From assembly GCA_010405405.1 (NCBI GenBank), contig MU004237.1, forward strand, positions 2,305,345-2,369,344: DNA of 64,000 nucleotides, in the 5' to 3' direction. The position numbers were made by a program, and so were the translations under genes. This DNA comes from Microthyrium microscopicum. Its lineage: Eukaryota. How positions within the stretch are numbered: the stretch's first letter is position 1; every line of letters starts with the position of its first letter. Of the stretch, positions 1 to 13,032 are shown in pieces. The notes beneath the pieces were generated by a model. That model saw only the letters and a list, made by a program, of their open reading frames with translations, did not search any database and was not told where the DNA came from.

Positions 1-1350
1 AACTTTAATTACACCAATACTGGCGCAAACAGTAACGGGTCAACTGGGAAATGCTATAGAGAGCGACAAGAACCCTGCCGGAGCAGCATATGTCGCCGTA
101 CTGAAATTTGGAGAAATTCAAGGCCGGATCATTGCGACGAATGCGCAAGATAAGGGAACAGAATTCTCAGTCTGGTTCTCAAAATTGCCTGCATCAGGTG
201 GACCATTCCGTAAGCCTTACATCCAGATATGTCAAATCATACACTGACAGCCCAAAGCATATCACATTCACGTCGACCCAGTACCAGCTTCCAACAACTG
301 TACTCAAACTCTAGGACATCTGGATCCGTTCATTCGCGGCGAAATGCCGCCCTGCGAACCAGATCGACCAGAGACCTGCCAAGTGGGCGATCTGGCTGGC
401 AAGCACGGCAAAATCACACCCACTGGTCCAACTCTCGCATTCCAGGCAAGGTACGTTCTCCATTCTCAACCACTCCCATCTTATCCAACCACTGACACTT
501 AATCTCCAGCTATACCGACCCCTATGTCTCCATGAGCCCAGGTGTCGGCGCCTTCTTCGGCAACCGCAGCTTCGTCATCCACTACGCCAACACCACGCGC
601 ATCACCTGCGCAAACTTCATCTCCGCTGATGCCGCCCTCGCTGCCCAGCCCGGCGGCACATGGCCATGGCCAGTTCCACCCGGAATTCCTGGCGCTGGAG
701 CAGGAGCCGGAGCCGGAGCCGGAGCAGGAATGCCTCCCGGTATGCCTATGCCTGGAGCTCCAGTACCCTCCGGTATTCCTGGAGTAGCTCCCGGCGCTCC
801 AGTTCCCTCCGGTATTCCTGGAGTAGTTCCCGGCGCCCCGGGCGCTTCCGGTATGCCCGGGCTACCTGGCGGATTTCCCGGCGCTCCTGGCGCCTCAGGT
901 ATGCCCGGTCTTCCCGGCGGATTCCCCGGCGCGGGAGGTGCTGGCTTCCCTGGTATGCCCGGTATTGGCGGTGGGGGTATGCCAGTGCCCACTGAGCTGC
1001 CTGGCATCGCAGCAGGCCCAGGTTCAGGTCGAGGCGGTCGTGGAGGCGGCAAAGGCAGGCCAGGCAGGAACGGCGCTGTGAACACGACAGATGTGACAAA
1101 TACCACCGATACGGCTACGAGTGATGTGCCCAATCCGATTGCCGGCAACGATGCACCGGATCTACTACCGGGCGAGTCAGCGAGGGCGCCACCAGCCAGT
1201 CCAGCAGCAACTGCAGTACCGGCGACAGTGAGCGCACCGGCTGGTAAAGACCAGGCGGTGGTGAGCAAGAAGAAGCCAAGTTCAGCAGGCAGGATAGAAT
1301 TGAGTGTGAGCATTCTTGGAGGGGTAGCCATGATTGCTGCATTGTTATGA
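1..1350 (+). CDS. Extracellular GPI-anchored Cu-only-type superoxide dismutase (SOD4/5-like) with Gly/Pro-rich stalk; 5' partial, 2 introns
   Basis: Spliced reading gives ...LPASGGPF/PYHIHVDPVP..NCTQTLGHLDPFIRGEMPPC..PETCQVGDLAGKHG../YTDPYVSM..GAFFGNRSFVIHYANTTRITCANF. It ends in a hydrophobic GPI-signal-like tail (SSAGRIELSVSILGGVAMIAALL). GT..AG introns at about 209-258 and 451-509. Confidence 0.88.
691..975 (+). repeat. Coding tandem repeats: (GA)n, 2x PGAPVPSGIPGV[AV] (39 bp), 2x PGAPGASGMPGLPGGF (48 bp)
   Basis: Directly visible in the nucleotide sequence and the translation of ORF 532..1350. Confidence 0.9.
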
Positions 1351-1720
1351 TGGTGAAATTGAGGCCAGGAAAATCATGAAGAGACGACAGGTTTGATGGA
1401 TTCATTTCGGTGGCGCAAAACATTATTCTCACGATCCTTATACGCGTAGCCTCTCCTTTAGCACAGCATACTTCACCCTATAATGGTAGCGAAGGGTGGA
1501 CAAAGTGTATTTAATACCATAACAGACAGAGTAGGAAAGGAACATGTAATTCTAGTTGGGAAAGTTTCCTGTATTTTATTAGCTCTAAAATTTGACTTGC
1601 AACATACCACTATCTTCAAATCGTTATTGAAAGCTTGATTATATGGTGATGTCCCATTCAATGCGTGAACGCTATGCAACGCTAATAGGGACCGAAAATC
1701 TTTATCGTACATGTATCTGG

Positions 1721-4700
1721 CTACATTGGGCCAGGACTGAACTCATCACTACCTCGCGGGGGAGGTATACGACGTCTTCGAGGCATCTCTCGAAATCTGG
1801 AATGGTCTGAAGGCTTTTCCCACTCTTTCAATACCTCTTCTTCGATCTTGTCGCCGACCGTGATGACTAGAATCGTCTCGCCAAACGTTGCTGCGATGGA
1901 GCGAGCGCCGACTCGTGCCATTACTCCGTGGTCTGGCATGAATAAATCGCCATCTTGTGGTGACAGCGACTTGGTCTCCTCAGGCGTAGTAGGTGAGACT
2001 GTCCATGCTTCCCACTGGCGAACTATCTCTTTCGAGACAAGATGAGAGGTTCGGGAAGGACGTGGCTCCGGCACCGATATTGGCGCGGTTGCTAGTCGAT
2101 GACGGAGTACTGCTCTCGAAGTTTCCGTCGCGGATGTGACTGAAGCCCCTATGTAAGCCTTGAGAGACGACTCCGAGTCAGAAGCGGGTGAAAATCTATC
2201 TTTACCTGACCTGGCGAAATGTTTGTTACTCCTGTCGGTCAAAGAAGATTCCGCAATTTTGATGCCAGCCTTGGACGCTACCTTGGAAAAATCTTTTGTT
2301 GATGGCTTGAAAGATCTGGCAGAGAATTTTGTTAAGGCCTTGGAAGTATCTTTCGCAATCTTTTGACGAACCCCCAGGATACTCTGGTGTCCAGTGACCT
2401 GCCATTTTCCAGGATTCACGACTTGAACCTCAGAAGTTACAGCAGAAGCTACACCGTCACAGCCGCGGTCCTCGCCGCTGTTAGTCGACTTAAGACATAT
2501 TAGCGACGACTCCGAGTTATTTGCTGTGAAGGTGAAGATGATGCAGTTTTGGCTTTCACCATCGGTGTATACAAAGGAGAAGGTGCGAATTGCTGGCGAC
2601 TTGCATTTCGGACATTCTTGAGGGGTGGAGTGAAAGAACCGAACTGTTGATAGCAATGGTTGATGAGGTGGTTTGATTGAACAAATCAGTTGTCGACTGT
2701 GTAGATCAATTAGTTGGAATTGACGTGACGGAAATCGCATTGCAACCAGGACAGATAATCCCGGTACCAAAAACAATTCCCGAATAGGTTCCTCCTCATC
2801 GTGTAAAGCAATTCGTGGATCAAAATCGCTGAGTATGAGTATGGGACTGTTGAGTATGATCGATGGACTTTTCTGCTGTCCATTTCGTTGAGCTTTATCG
2901 GGTACGTAGGAGGATGTCTTGGACATGAAGATTTGCCCATCCCGGCAAACGACCACTATGTAAGGCTTTGCCAAGATTGCTGAACGTGCAAAATCTTCAG
3001 AAATTTGGTGTTCAATCAGTCCTTTCGAGGCATCATCGATGGCAGAGCAAACTGAGTTAGCACTACAATAGATGAGTTTGCCACTGCGTGAGACCACCGC
3101 AAGATGGCAGTCTTTTTCGCCGGTAAGGGAGAAGTGAATCGGTTCGCCCCATGACCAGTCAAGGTCGACTCTCGAAATATGATAGCCAGTCGAACCATGT
3201 AATGTCCATATATACAGCCTTTGTGCTCCTTCATCAGCAAGTGCAGCAATACACTCGCCGTTATCGCTGATTGCCAATCGACTGACATTTCTCAGGCCTC
3301 GGTCGCTTGGAGTTGGAAGGCTTTCTACTAAATAGCTTTGTGTCGTTGAATCGAACATGTACAGGTTCATCGAGTAGTCAAGGCATTTGCAAACAATGTG
3401 CCCTTTTGGTGAACTCGCAAGCTTCTTGACATCAAAATTTCCCTGTTGTAGTCTTTGGACCTGAATCATTCCTGATTGGCGAGTTTGGCCATCCTGAACA
3501 CTTCTAGAGTCCCAGAGCAAATAGTCCATAAGGGCCAGGACTAGTCCCAAAAATATCCCTATGAAGAAGAGTAAGGGCAGAATTTGTTCGCTGATAGTTT
3601 GCCATGAAACGTGGAACACACCAGGATCGGAGACGCGTCCTCGATCAGAACCTTTTATCACCATGATCATTGGATCATAAACCCTAGCTATCATAGTGTG
3701 AGCACCCGGCTTGACGAATTCAAGCACTTCTTGTGATGTTTGATGATCTTGAAGTTTGAGCCAGGACTGCGGTGAGCGGGCTTGATTAATTTGCGGTGAA
3801 TACGAGTGGCCATTAGACTCTAGCTCCTTTCCACGGTGTAGTACGTGGAGCAAACCGTGAACTGAGTGAGACACTCGGCTGAAAATACCATCAGAGTTCG
3901 GAAAGCGCATATAAACGTACAGGACGAATAATCCGGTGATGCTTGAGCCTGCAGCTCGAAAAGAGAGTCCGGTTTTGCCTTGTATAAGTGCTGGAAGCCA
4001 GTACTGTCTCCCTGATAACTTTTGTTGGCCTTGTGATCTCATGTTGGCCTTGTCGATAAACTCTTGCAACTCCATTCTTCTTACATCGACAGAGAGGACT
4101 GCAGTGAAGAAGATGAGATGAAAGAAAAAGTCGAATGACAGAGCGACTCCAGCGAAAACACAAAAGGCTCGAACTCCTGGATTGAAGACTATTGACAGAA
4201 TCCAAAGAATGATAAGATTTTGTGCAGCAACGGCAAGGGACAGATGGCCTACGCGGCCAAGAGCGGATGCGATTCGTTTTGTCAGCTCGACTTGTTCTGG
4301 CTGTTCGACTACGGCATTCATCAAGCGCAACCTAAGAAACATTAGATTATCTTCAGTTTAGTATGGAAGCGAGTACTAACATGTTTTCTAATCCCATGAC
4401 AAACACTACAAAAGGGTATGTCTCTTGAGGAACCCAGCTGAGATCAATGCCTAATAAGCCACATATGGTGAAGCTCGCGAGGATTGATATAACCATCTAC
4501 ACTTGTGAGAAATGGCATATGGATGCAATCATTGCAGTGCTTACTTCGGTAATAACTGTTGCGACTAGGCCAATTCTACTCTTGACAGCAAGAGTTGCCC
4601 GAAGCTTGTAGATGAGGAAACACAGCATGCCGGCATAAGCGATTATGAGCAGACATAAATCTCGCAGGCTGATTAGTTCCCGACTGTAGGCATTCAATTG

Positions 4701-5592
4701 ACTATTCGTGTTGATCCCACTTTGCGGATAGAAAGACCATCGATCCGGATAGTTTGTTGCAAGTTTCATCATTCGCAAGTCCCAGCGTGAAGCCCCAGGA
4801 GAAGGTGACTTTTCAAAAAGGGTCAGGACAATTCCATCGGCTTTGACCAGGCGCTGTCCATTGAAGGATTTGCCGGAGAACACTGAGGTGGGCAACAGGG
4901 TGAGGTTGAGTTTCGTTTGACGGGTCGACTGTCGTTGAATTGTGTTGAGAATGTTCGGGTCAGATGAAATGCTTTCAGAAGAGCAGTCCCAGTACATGAG
5001 AGGTGAGTGAAAGGCTGAAGAGAAGTCATGACTAAAATCCTCGTAGCATCCATTGAGTGGTATTTCTGGTACAGTAGATTGAACATCTGTCTCGGCACTG
5101 GATTTGGACTTGGACTTGGACTCGCCATGAGGAAATTTGTCGAATACGAGAGCATTTTGAATGGTCAAGGCATCCTGGAGGACGTGCGGTTTCAGCGCAC
5201 CCATGTAGTCTCCATGAATGAAGACGCGGCGAACAGCTACATCACCCAAGATGCTTTGGTCTCCGTTGACTGGCCTAGCAGAAATCCAACCATGGCCAGG
5301 AAGGGTTGATATCCCTGAAGCAGAGAAGAGGAACCTATAGCAGACAGTCGCGGAAATCAAGACAGAACCGATGAGAAAAGTGCGCCAGTAGTGAGCAACA
5401 ATGCTTCCATGACGGTAAAAGGCTCTGTAGATGGGATGTTCTGCAGTAAGAACCGGGGGTTCGGTTGTTCTAAAGGAATACCATGTAAGTCATCTATAAG
5501 AATGGTGCTTGCAAAGGAGCTTAGAGTAGTGAGGCCTAAAGTCTTAGAGGCGGAACTTACCCGCGGAAGGGCCCGAGTAGGTACCAGATCAT
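1721..5592 (-). CDS. SCAP: SREBP cleavage-activating protein (sterol-sensing domain plus WD40-like C-terminus), multi-exon
   Basis: Starts MIWYLLGPFRG/TTEPP. The sterol-sensing region reads YPFVVFVMGLENM..RL.NAV, FCVFAGVALSFDFFFHLIFFTAVLSVDVRRMEL, followed by a long beta-rich C-terminus. Joins ORFs 4497..5360 and 1721..4342 through GT-AG introns. Confidence 0.88.
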
Positions 5593-6776
5593 GGTTGTCT
5601 ACACTGTCAAGTTACAGCGACAGGCGTGGCATTGCCAGCATCATGATACGATAAGGCTGGTAGATTGTCAGGCCGTGCCTGTCGGATATATGTAAGTATG
5701 AGGAGATATCAGGTCATGTTTTGATGGTGTTGAGTGAAGATGGCGTGTTGAAGACAGGAGAGAGTGGAGCCTCGACTTCGGTTGCAGGGGTCTTTTCCTC
5801 CAGCATGAATGATTCTTGTGCATGACTCCATCACTTTGACCAACACGCGACTTGAATCCATGAACAACATCTATTTACACAAGCCCCAAGGAAGGGGAAT
5901 ATTCTGCCCCTAAGAATCGTATGTTTAAGTACAATAGATCGTGATCTTTGGAGTTGATCTACTTAAAAGTCTGTTGCACCGGACCTCGACGTACATACAG
6001 CCCAACCTGGACTCGCTTATCTTACAGAATCCAACCCAACTACTGCATATATTGCATAACCCTGTCTTCCGTCAGAACCTAGATTCCTTCTTTATGGCCC
6101 CTCGAAGAACATGTGCAAAATGAAGCACTTCGCCCCTACCAATTGCGCTTCAAAGACATCTGATCAATACGCTCCTCTCCTGCGTTGTGTGTTGTGTACT
6201 CTACTGCCATGGCCAGCTGCGTTATAAAGACATAACTCAGCACAAACGCAGGTACACTCGACCTTTACAAAGGACACGCTAATCAGTGCTTCTCTCCACA
6301 TATATCTATGAGGTTGAAGATGCACAGCCAGGGGACACAAAACGATACAGCAATTGGCCTCCTGCCATCACCATGAGACGGGATATACTCCGTGAAAATG
6401 GCGTTGCACAGCCAGTTGCACAGCCACTAGAAATGGCAGTTTGATGGTCGTTTCTGGAGTTATCGTGAGGCGCATTTTTGCATTCGCTAACGGTGAGCTG
6501 TGAATGGCTGAGATGTCTGGCCAGACTCTCTTAGACTTTCCTCCCGCGACATATCCAACACATCCCCGCCAGCTGAAAGAAATCACATTTGGAGGCGTTG
6601 AGATCGAGACCATCTTTGTTTGAAGACACGCATTGAATATAAGCAAAGCTTGTCCAACGTTGAACCGACCTCTCATTTTTGCTTCATGTGCTAACTCCCT
6701 CTGTTTTCAACATCGCTGAAAATCGACTCATTAACAACAAAATAACAGCAATCCGCTGGTCCTCACGAACTTAACC

Positions 6777-9700
6777 ATGGCTGCTTTCAATCCGTCGACA
6801 AGTACGCTGCTGAGCGGCGTGGCAGCCGTCAGTACCACTGGGAATTCAATCTCTGTTACCATGAACTCCTTTCTAGACAATGTCAAGAACCAACCCCTAG
6901 GTTTTCGCGAACTGGGCCTGGACTTCCTGTCGATTTCTCAAATCCTAAACTCATTGGAGAGAAGTCTAACCGAGCACTTTAATACCAGCCAGCCGTTTCC
7001 AGAGGCAGCAGTGCCAGAATTGATGCGCGTTGTGAATAATACATCTTCCGACTTTTCTGAGCTAGAAAAGCTGCTAAACAAATTCATGGACTTTGAAAAG
7101 GGAGGTATGACCGCTCGAGTACAAAAGACATGGCGCCAGTTCTTTGCGGATAAAGATATCGCAAAGGTTCAGAAGAGTCTGAGAGAGCAAAAAGGGAGTC
7201 TGAATATGGCAATGCTATTAACCAATATGTCAGTATAAATGTGCGTTCAATTCAGCGAGCTGATACTAACGTAACAGATCTCCGGCCATGGCATCAACAC
7301 TTGGAGACGAGTATAAGATTCTTGCAGCGAAATTGGAACAAGTAGAGCCTGCGCAAAGCTACAGTACTCCTCCGCCTGGCTATGTAACAGCAGCTCATCC
7401 TCCAAGTGGTTATTATGCTCCTTCGACAGGACAGCCTCCTCATACTGCCATGCTAAACATGAGTATGGCTGATACGCCAACATCGCAAGGAATACACGAA
7501 CTACCAACACCGGACATGACCCATGCAATTCCTGCACTAACCAAAACGGTGCCAACAGTAACAGCGATCTCGAAAACATCCCAAGAAGCAGACTCTCCTC
7601 CTCCGCCTCAGCCAGGAGCTATGCCAATTCCGCCCATAGCACTCGTGAACCAAGATACAGCACCTCCAGCGCCACAACCAGGGCCTTCACCAGCACCTCC
7701 AGCAGCAATTCCTCCTCCAGAGCCAGCTCTCAAGCCGATGAAAGCTATACCAGTGGACAAAACACCAGAGCCTTTGCCGGAGCCAGTTATTGATTCAGCG
7801 ACCGCCAGCACAAAGAAGCCCATCAAGATTGAGCGTTCTCAACTTCAATTTCGCCAGCCCAAAACCGCCTCTACTGCTGCCAGTGCTGCTTTACAGAAGA
7901 CTCTGTATAATGCTGTTCTAGGAGGTAAAGCCAATATAGTGGAGCAACTGTTGGATCGTGGTGTCAGCCCAGATACTGGCGCAGATACAAACGCTGTGTA
8001 TGCTGCAGTGGATCGAAAGGATATTCCGTAAGTGCTGCCGTTTGATTCATTCTCTCTGTATTTAGAACGATCATATTTTCAAGGCTTCTTGAGGACATGC
8101 TCCCGGAAGATTCATCGTTCGCTAAAGTTTGCTAGTATTCTTCAACTACTTCTGGAATTTGGTGCCAATCCAGACCTGCCCAACCAGCATGGAAACACAC
8201 CACTTTACATGGCTGCGTTCAATCGAGTCGCTGAGACCAAGCTCTTACTATCGTATGGCGCAGATCCAAATCTGAGCACTCCTCACTGGACGGCCATACC
8301 ATGGGCAATTGACTCGAGCAACGCGAAGATTGTGCAACTTCATATCGACCACTCTGCAGACCCAAATCTCGTGTCCAAGAATGGAGAGACTGCCATAGTC
8401 TACGCTTGCTCTCGTCGCTTCAATGAGGCTGTTCTCGCCGCCCTCTTCACATTCAGTCCTAACGCCAACGTACCTAACGGCCAGAAAATCACCCCTTTGA
8501 AAGCAGCCGTCGCCCACAATCAGCCCCAGACGGTGGCATATCTGCTAAAGAAAGGCGTCGACGTTAATAGCAAAGACTCACCCAGCCCACTCCTCGAAGC
8601 TGCGCACAACCCAGCCGTTCTCACCGTTCTCCTTGAAGCAGGCGCAGACTGGCGATTGTGTCCCGAGATTCTCGAGCTAAGCGTCTGGCACAACGCACTG
8701 GATTGTGTCAAAGCACTTCTCGCTGCGGGCATGCCTGCCGATACACCAAATCCCAGAAATAACTTCACACCACTATCCACCGCAGCCCGCGATAACCGCC
8801 AAACGCAACTCGCCCTGCTTCTCCAACATGACGCGAACCCAAATCTCAAAGGCCAAGAACTTCCCCTCGTCCTCGCAACTCCCCACGCTACCCTCCTAAC
8901 CACCCTCCTCCAGGCAGGCGCAGACTGGCATCTCTGTCCCGAAATCCTCGAACTCAGCGTCTGGCACAACAAACTCGACTCCACAAGCGCCCTTCTCGCC
9001 GCCGGCATCCCCGTCGACACACCAAACCCAAAGAACAACTTCACAGCCCTCTCCACCGCCGCTCGCGACAACCGCGCCGCACACCTCGCACTCCTTCTCG
9101 AAGCTGGCGCGAATCCAAATCTCAAGGGTCAAGATTTTCCCATCGTTCTCGCCCTCCAGCACCCAGAAGCCCTTTCCACTCTTCTCTCCGCCGGCGCCGA
9201 CCCATCCCTCAAGCCAGGAATTTGCGAACTAGCCGTCATCCACAACCGTCCTGCGTCACTGAAGGCTTTGGTCGAAGCAGGCGCGAACATCAACGCCGCC
9301 ATGCCAGGCGGCTACACAGCACTAAGCACATCCGTCCGCGATAAACGCCGCACAATGTTCGACTTGTGCTTACAACTCGGCGCAGACGTAAACTACTGCG
9401 CTGAAGGCCATGAAAACATGCGGCCGCTACGTTGCGCGGCGGATAAAGAAGAATATGCGGTAGCCCTCCTCGATGCTGGCGCAGATGTGAGATTGTGCGC
9501 GAATATGCTAGAGAACGTCGTATATTTCAACAATCTGCCTGTCCTCAAACTACTGGTGGAGCGCGGTCGCTTGGATGTCAACGCGAGTTGTAAGGGGTAT
9601 TATCCTGTTGATACGGCGATTCGTGATAATCATCCGGAGATACTGGCGTATTTGCTTAGCCATGGGGGGAGCGTGGATAAGTTGGGTGATGGCGATTCGC

Positions 9701-9963
9701 CGTTGGTAAGAGCGGCGCGCGAGAAGAATTTAGAGTTGGTGAAGACGGTATTGGCGGCTGGTGCGAAAGTTGATGCGGCGAATGGGAAGGGTAAGACGGC
9801 GTTGGCGAGTGCGGCGTGGCATGGCAAGGGGGAGAATGTGACGATGTTGTTGGAGGCGGGTGCGGATGCGAATTTGGCAAATGCGGATGGCTTGACCGCT
9901 ATGGATGCTGCTGCGAATCAGGGACATGAGGATATCGTGATGATGTTGTTGGAGAAGATGTAA
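6777..9963 (+). CDS. Fungal N-terminal helical (HeLo-like/SesA-type) domain + Pro-rich linker + long ankyrin-repeat array; 3 exons
   Basis: ORFs 6777..7238, 7288..8031 and 8032..9963 are joined by introns at about 7229-7277 and 8028-8135. Many GxTPL/LL..GADPN ankyrin motifs are present. The N-terminal ~150 aa is helical (ELGLDFLSISQILNSL..KTWRQFF..KDIAKVQKSL..QKGSLNMAM). Confidence 0.85.
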
Positions 9964-10180
9964 TGAGATGATGACTGTGATATGGAGATGTATTATGCTA
10001 TGCGAGATGATTGATATGATGGATAGTTGTATGAAATTTGTAATCGTAGTACAAATCTAGTTCTGAAACTATCAGCTTCTAATAATCCAAGATGTCTTCA
10101 TGATTGTTACGTATTCTTTCAGACTCCACAGCGCCAAAATGCATGCCTGTAATTCGCTGTTCCGCCGGGATATATCTCAC

Positions 10181-11427
10181 TCAAATGCCCAAATACCATT
10201 TCGCTCGTTCGTATGCAAAGAAGCTGGTCGCTGCCATCGGTACGATCTTCAAATAACCAATTCCCAGGCCGACAAAGAAGCCCTTGAATCCCTTCTCAGC
10301 CAATATCTGAGACGCAACTTCGACCATGCGTAGCCTACGACCATCACCAACCACTCCGCCAACTTGCATCCGCCGTCGAATGACCTCTACCGGGTATGAT
10401 ACCGTTTGTGAAAAGAAGCCTGCAAAGCCTCCAGATAAAAGCTCAGCCCAGTATTTCAACTGCGGAGGTTTGTCAGGGTTGGTAGTCCCACCGCCACTAC
10501 CTGGTATCGTCGTTTTTGCTGCAAACGCCGGTGTACGTAGGAGTTCCGAGACTGTATCATGGGCAAGGAATGAAGCACCAGCATATGGTATCATGCCGAC
10601 CATGGTGGCACTAAAGCCACGAAAGAAGTTGGCCAGGCCCGCTAACGGAACCGATTTGAGAGCGATCATCTCATTTGGGTTCGTTGGGTGCGGTATCCGT
10701 GGTGATTCTGCGTATATTTTCTTGCAAATCCCAGATAACGTATTGCGCTTATCGACCTTCGTCTCAAAGGCGGCACGAACCCGGATCACCTCCAGAGGGT
10801 AGGTGAAAAGAACGGAAACCATACCGGCCAACGAGCCTGAAGCAAATCGGCGTAGATGGGTCTCGTACTCTTTGGAGGGTATTACAACATGGCGTATTTG
10901 TTCGTATGCTAAGAATTTGATACCTGCATAGGGGAAGATGCGAAGCAAAGTGGCAGAGTGGCCGCGAAATAGTCCCCGACTTCCATCCTGAGAATATATA
11001 CCCCTTAATGCAGTGACGAATCCGCCCCATGATCCGGAGTATTTAGAGTATTGTGGATTCGAGGTTTGGAAGAGAATCTTGACTCTGTCAAGCGGCGCTA
11101 CTATAGTTTTCGCCTGGATGGTTAGCATATATCAGTTCATCGCAGCAATTGATCGCTTACAGCACATCCAGCTATACCACCGGCAATACCACTCTTTATT
11201 ATGTATTCTCCGCTTTGTTTATCCAACTTCCTCCTTGAATTTCTTGGCACAATGGCTTCGTCGTCGGTCGGACATATCTTGGGATCGCGGGAAGAAGGTA
11301 GAGATCTCGTAGTCGCAACTGGCCGTATATCCATAGTTGTTACCTTGGAAAAGGGTACGCTGTGTGTATCGATTTGAGAGTCTGGCGCGGCTTGTCCAGA
11401 GTCATGTCGTGCGTCGGGGAATGACAT
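10181..11427 (-). CDS. LEU5: Mitochondrial carrier, LEU5/SLC25A16-like CoA transporter
   Basis: SGIAGGIAGCA/AKTIVAPLDRVKILFQT, LFRGHSATLLRIFPYAGIKFLAYEQIR, and three PxD/E motifs. The start codon is uncertain. Confidence 0.85.
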
Positions 11428-12354
11428 GCCACGGCAGTGGGGCTGATAAGGGGGATAAGCTACCGCGACATGAAGGACAAAGGTAGTGTTCTGTTGATTT
11501 GTGAGGAGAGAGGGATAATGTGGTGTCAATTGGAAGAAGAGAAGTCAATGTGAAAAGACAAGAGAGAAAGATAGAGAGCGCGAGTCAAGAAGTCTAAGTT
11601 TGGTGGTCACTCTGATCGCAAGACGGAAGCTGGGCAAAAATGCGGGTGACGCCATCGGCTCCTTCTTCTTTTACCGACGCCACGAGTTGTTCCATCCCCA
11701 GCCGTTCATCGTGCCTGCCTCTTTCTCCTTTCGGACATCCGGTATCAACTACATGCCTGATATCCTATCAGATACTCTGTAAGCTCAGTTCTCTACTTGA
11801 AGAGTATACAATTCCAGAGTCACAGCTTGTTCTTCGGATTCTTTCATCGGACGTACGGATTTGTCGGTAAACACAAGCATAGCGGATATCATCGGCTAAC
11901 AAGCCATGGTACTTTGCGACTTGCATCCGCTACAATATCAAGATCACGCTTCCTATAACACGAAAGACGAGCCCTACGATTGGCAGTTGAACTCATATGT
12001 CTTTCAGCCTCATATGTCCTCGTGCAATCTTCACTTTTTGGAAGTACTTGAGGCTTAACAACGTGGAATAAATATGGATACTGTGGCGTTCATACATCGA
12101 CTTCTGGACTTCAAGCCTCATCCACGCGTCTGAATTGAGACTTTGTCAACGCGAGTTCCTTGCAATATCGTATTGAGCAACATCTTGAATTCATTGGTAT
12201 CATTGCTAGAGGTATAGAACAACGAAAATACGACGCAATCGATCGTCAACTTCTCGTCCTCTTTCAGCGTACACTTTTGGCACGCGAATCTATACGCGTC
12301 GAGACTCAGGTCAACTTCATCAAATTTATCTCAACAGTCTACTACTCTATCTCT

Positions 12355-13032
12355 TTACGATTTAGTTGACAAAGCCCTCCATTCGTCCTCCAGAATAGAG
12401 AAACTGATCGTGTCATGATACGCACCATTCCACCAAATCCTATGCCTCAGTCGACCTTCCTCATGAAATCCAACCTTTCGATACATATTCAAAGCCACCG
12501 TGTTGAAAGAGTAACAGTCAAACGTAACAATATGCATCGCACACCAACGAAACGCCCAGTCCAAAGCCCACCGCCCACTCTCCTGTCCATAGCCTTTACC
12601 TTGCCACGGTTTCGCAATGGCAACGCCCAGACAGCCGGTTTTATAGCCTGCAGCAGAATCTTCTGGACGTTCATTTGATGATAGGATAATGTATCCAATA
12701 GGCGTGGGCTCGTTTCTCTTCTTCTCTGGGTTGTTTGAGACTTGGTTGTTCGGCTCTTGGGGTTTTGGCTTTTGATCTTGCTCGCCTTCAGTCGACTCGA
12801 CAGCAGGAAGACAGATTAGGACTGCGAGTTTGCATCCGTCTATCATATCATCTGTCCATTTATCACTGGGTTCTCGAGTTTGCGGTCTGAATAGGACGTC
12901 GGTGGTGAGACCGAACACTTCTGGCACATTTGTGGTATGTTCGAAGATGAATGCTCTGTCTGCTTCATTTTTTTCCATCGCTCGGTATACCAGTCGATCG
13001 GACTTGAAGATGCGTTCTAGGTGATTCGCCAT
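12355..13032 (-). CDS. GNAT (RimJ/RimL-like) N-acetyltransferase
   Basis: IAKPWQGKGYGQE acetyl-CoA motif; NTVALNMYRKVGFHEEGRLR. Confidence 0.9.
   Translation of the reverse strand: MANHLERIFKSDRLVYRAMEKNEADRAFIFEHTTNVPEVFGLTTDVLFRPQTREPSDKWTDDMIDGCKLAVLICLPAVESTEGEQDQKPKPQEPNNQVSNNPEKKRNEPTPIGYIILSSNERPEDSAAGYKTGCLGVAIAKPWQGKGYGQESGRWALDWAFRWCAMHIVTFDCYSFNTVALNMYRKVGFHEEGRLRHRIWWNGAYHDTISFSILEDEWRALSTKS

Noticed and set aside
582..1331. 249-aa antisense ORF and other overlapping ORFs over GC-rich genes (also 8520..9125, 23242..23955)
   Set aside because: Shadow ORFs arising from codon bias and repeats of the real genes on the opposite strand.
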